Origin: Mobula birostris
Taxonomy: Eukaryota
Direction of reading: 5' to 3'
DNA length: 64,000 nucleotides
NCBI RefSeq assembly: GCF_030028105.1
Contig: NC_092374.1
Coordinates: forward strand, 116,139,589-116,203,588
The translations under genes and the position numbers were made by a program. Shown here piece after piece: positions 62,079-64,000 of the stretch. Below the pieces are notes generated by a model that was not told where the DNA came from, ran no database searches, and was given only the letters and a program-made list of their open reading frames with translations. Positions within the stretch are counted from its first letter, which is position 1. Each line of letters opens with the position of its first letter.

Positions 62079-63494
62079 CAGGTGGCCCTCGTTCTCCGAA
62101 AGTTCGCTTTACGACACCTCATTGTTATGAAAGACCTACATTAGTTACCTGTTTTCGCTAACAGAAGGTGTTTTCACTGTACGAAAAAAGGCAGTGTGTG
62201 AAAAAAGGCAGTGTGCGATAAAAAGCAGCGTGCAATAAAAGGCAGCGCGTGCCCGAACAGCCAAGCTCCTCCCCCGGAACTGCATTCTAGCCAGCATTGC
62301 TTAAACACGTGCTTTATCTTGAATTATTTTGAGCATCCGTTAGCAAGATAAGTTCTAAGGTATCGGAAAAGCCTAAAAGAGCTCATAAGGGCGTTACACT
62401 TAGTGTAAAACTAGACATAATTAAGCGTTTCGATTGCGGTGAATGAAGTAAGGACATTGTCCGCTCGTTGAACTTGCCTGTGTCCACCATTCACACTATT
62501 TACACGCAGAGAGAAAGAATTTTGAAAGCTGCCGATGTTACTGTTGGTTCTGCTTGTAGGAAAGTGATCTCCTTAGTAGGCATCTAATAATGGATAAAAT
62601 GGAAAGTCTATTGCTTGAGTGGATTGATGGGTGTACAAAGTGTGGTGTTCCGTTAAGTTTTCTTATACTTAAGGAGAAATCAGTCAGTCTTTTTAATAAG
62701 CTGAAACAGAAAGCAATGGATGATGATGATGAAAGTGGAATTTAAAGGTAGTCATGGGTGGTTTGAACGGTTTCTGAGGCGAAGGCAGCTTCATAGTTTA
62801 AGCAGTGGTCCCCAACCTCCAGGCCGCCGACCGATACCAGGCCGTGAAGAACGCAGTGGTGCAGCAGTAGTCGGGACTCACCCAGCACATCTTTAAGAAA
62901 AAAGCCGAAAGAAACAAGCTAATTAATTAGGTGACGCCCAGCACATAAATGTTGGCCCAGATCAGAGGCGATTGCCGATTGCGTCAGGTGGTTATTCGTA
63001 TAAGCAAGTGTTTAACTGTGACGAAGCTGCAATTTATTGGAGTCTTCCCGATTCCGGTAAGTGAAACTACACTGTACATACATTATTTCTACTTTATATA
63101 GGCTGTGTATTTTTATGTGTTACTTGGTATGATTTGGCAGCTTCATAGCTTAAAGGTTACTGGAGTGAGTGTTTCTGCTGAGAGCACTTGCACTGTGTTT
63201 TTGCCAAGAGCGCTTCTGTGAGATTTTCGCTGCGCTAGACCATGCTGCAGAAAAGTATTTCTACTTTATATAGACTATGTATTTATCGTATCATTCCTGC
63301 TTTTACTATATGTTACTGTTATTTTAGGTTTTATGTGTTATTTGGCATGATTTTGTAGGTTATTTTTTGGGTCTGGAAACGCTCAAAAATTTTTCCCATA
63401 TTAACAAATGGTAATTGCTTATTCACTTTACAACATTCCGGCTTACGGACTGTTTCATAGGAGCGCTCTACCTTCCCATAGCGGGGGAAACCTG
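62079..63494 (+). mobile_element. Tigger/pogo non-autonomous element (copy 2) retaining the CENP-B-type HTH region
   Basis: TA-CAGGTGGCCC...GGGGAAACCTG-TA; VTLSVKLDIIKRFD, LNLPVSTIHTI, MESLLLEWID, FKGSHGWFERF; ends shared with 43444-44631. Confidence 0.92.
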
Positions 63495-64000
63495 TAATAA
63501 GATTGAATGTGAAAATTTTACTGCAAATTAATTTAAATTGTCTACTGTCATTGGTGTCACTTGGAAGAGTCTTACATTTGATAAAAAGAGAATGAAAATC
63601 CTGTTGAAAAATGAGGATAGATGCCAAGACACAAGCACTATAATACTCCACTTTTGGTTAATTCAATTTCAACAGCAGAGCAGCATTTGTCTAAATTTGT
63701 GGAAACAAACTTCTAGTCTATAGCGTACATTCCACGTATAATTTTGATAAGAAAAACTCTGAGGCAAGTGAATTATTGTTGATGCAATTCAGTTTATGCA
63801 TCTCTTTAGTGGAATATGAGTGAAATAAACATTTTAAGTGACTACTTATTCTCTTCCAGATGTAAATATTTTGATTTAAAATAAAACATATGTAAACACA
63901 GGAGACTCTTTCATGAATCAGACAATGCGATGACTTCAACATTTAATTTCATTTATAATTTATCACATGAAGATGGTATTGTTGTATATGAATGGTTTCT

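Noticed and set aside
1-64000. Prokaryotic systems (CRISPR arrays, operons, rRNA)
   Set aside because: No regularly spaced repeat-spacer array, no gene-dense operon structure and no rRNA; the sequence is vertebrate repeat-rich DNA

Overview
This is eukaryotic, vertebrate-type genomic DNA dominated by repeats. The repeat spectrum suggests a cartilaginous fish, probably a ray or skate (inference): CR1 LINEs with an SGNH-esterase ORF1, Rex1/Babar, RTE, R4, Penelope, V-SINEs, Deu-SINE, Tc1, Tigger/pogo and hAT. I found no intact host protein-coding gene or convincing exon, so the window looks like a gene desert or a very large intron. Nearly all ORFs in the track are decayed transposon frames or chance ORFs. 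Two observations stand out. (1) A minus-strand Ty3/Gypsy LTR retrotransposon (~5043-7505) has lost RT/RNaseH/integrase and carries in their place an intronless, sense-oriented fragment of the host splicing-factor gene RBM25, still in frame with the element's own pol tail; this points to LTR-mediated capture of a spliced cellular mRNA. (2) A Penelope-terminus-derived short repeat carrying a minimal type-I hammerhead ribozyme motif occurs at least five times, once as a 93-bp insertion flanked by a target-site duplication (TSD). Other points are a SINE/RTE-LINE pair sharing a 3' stem-loop tail, an internally deleted CR1 with tandem 5'-UTR monomers, deeply nested transposon stacks and a few repeat-free blocks resembling conserved noncoding elements (CNEs). 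Coordinates of decayed repeats are approximate and were read by eye.
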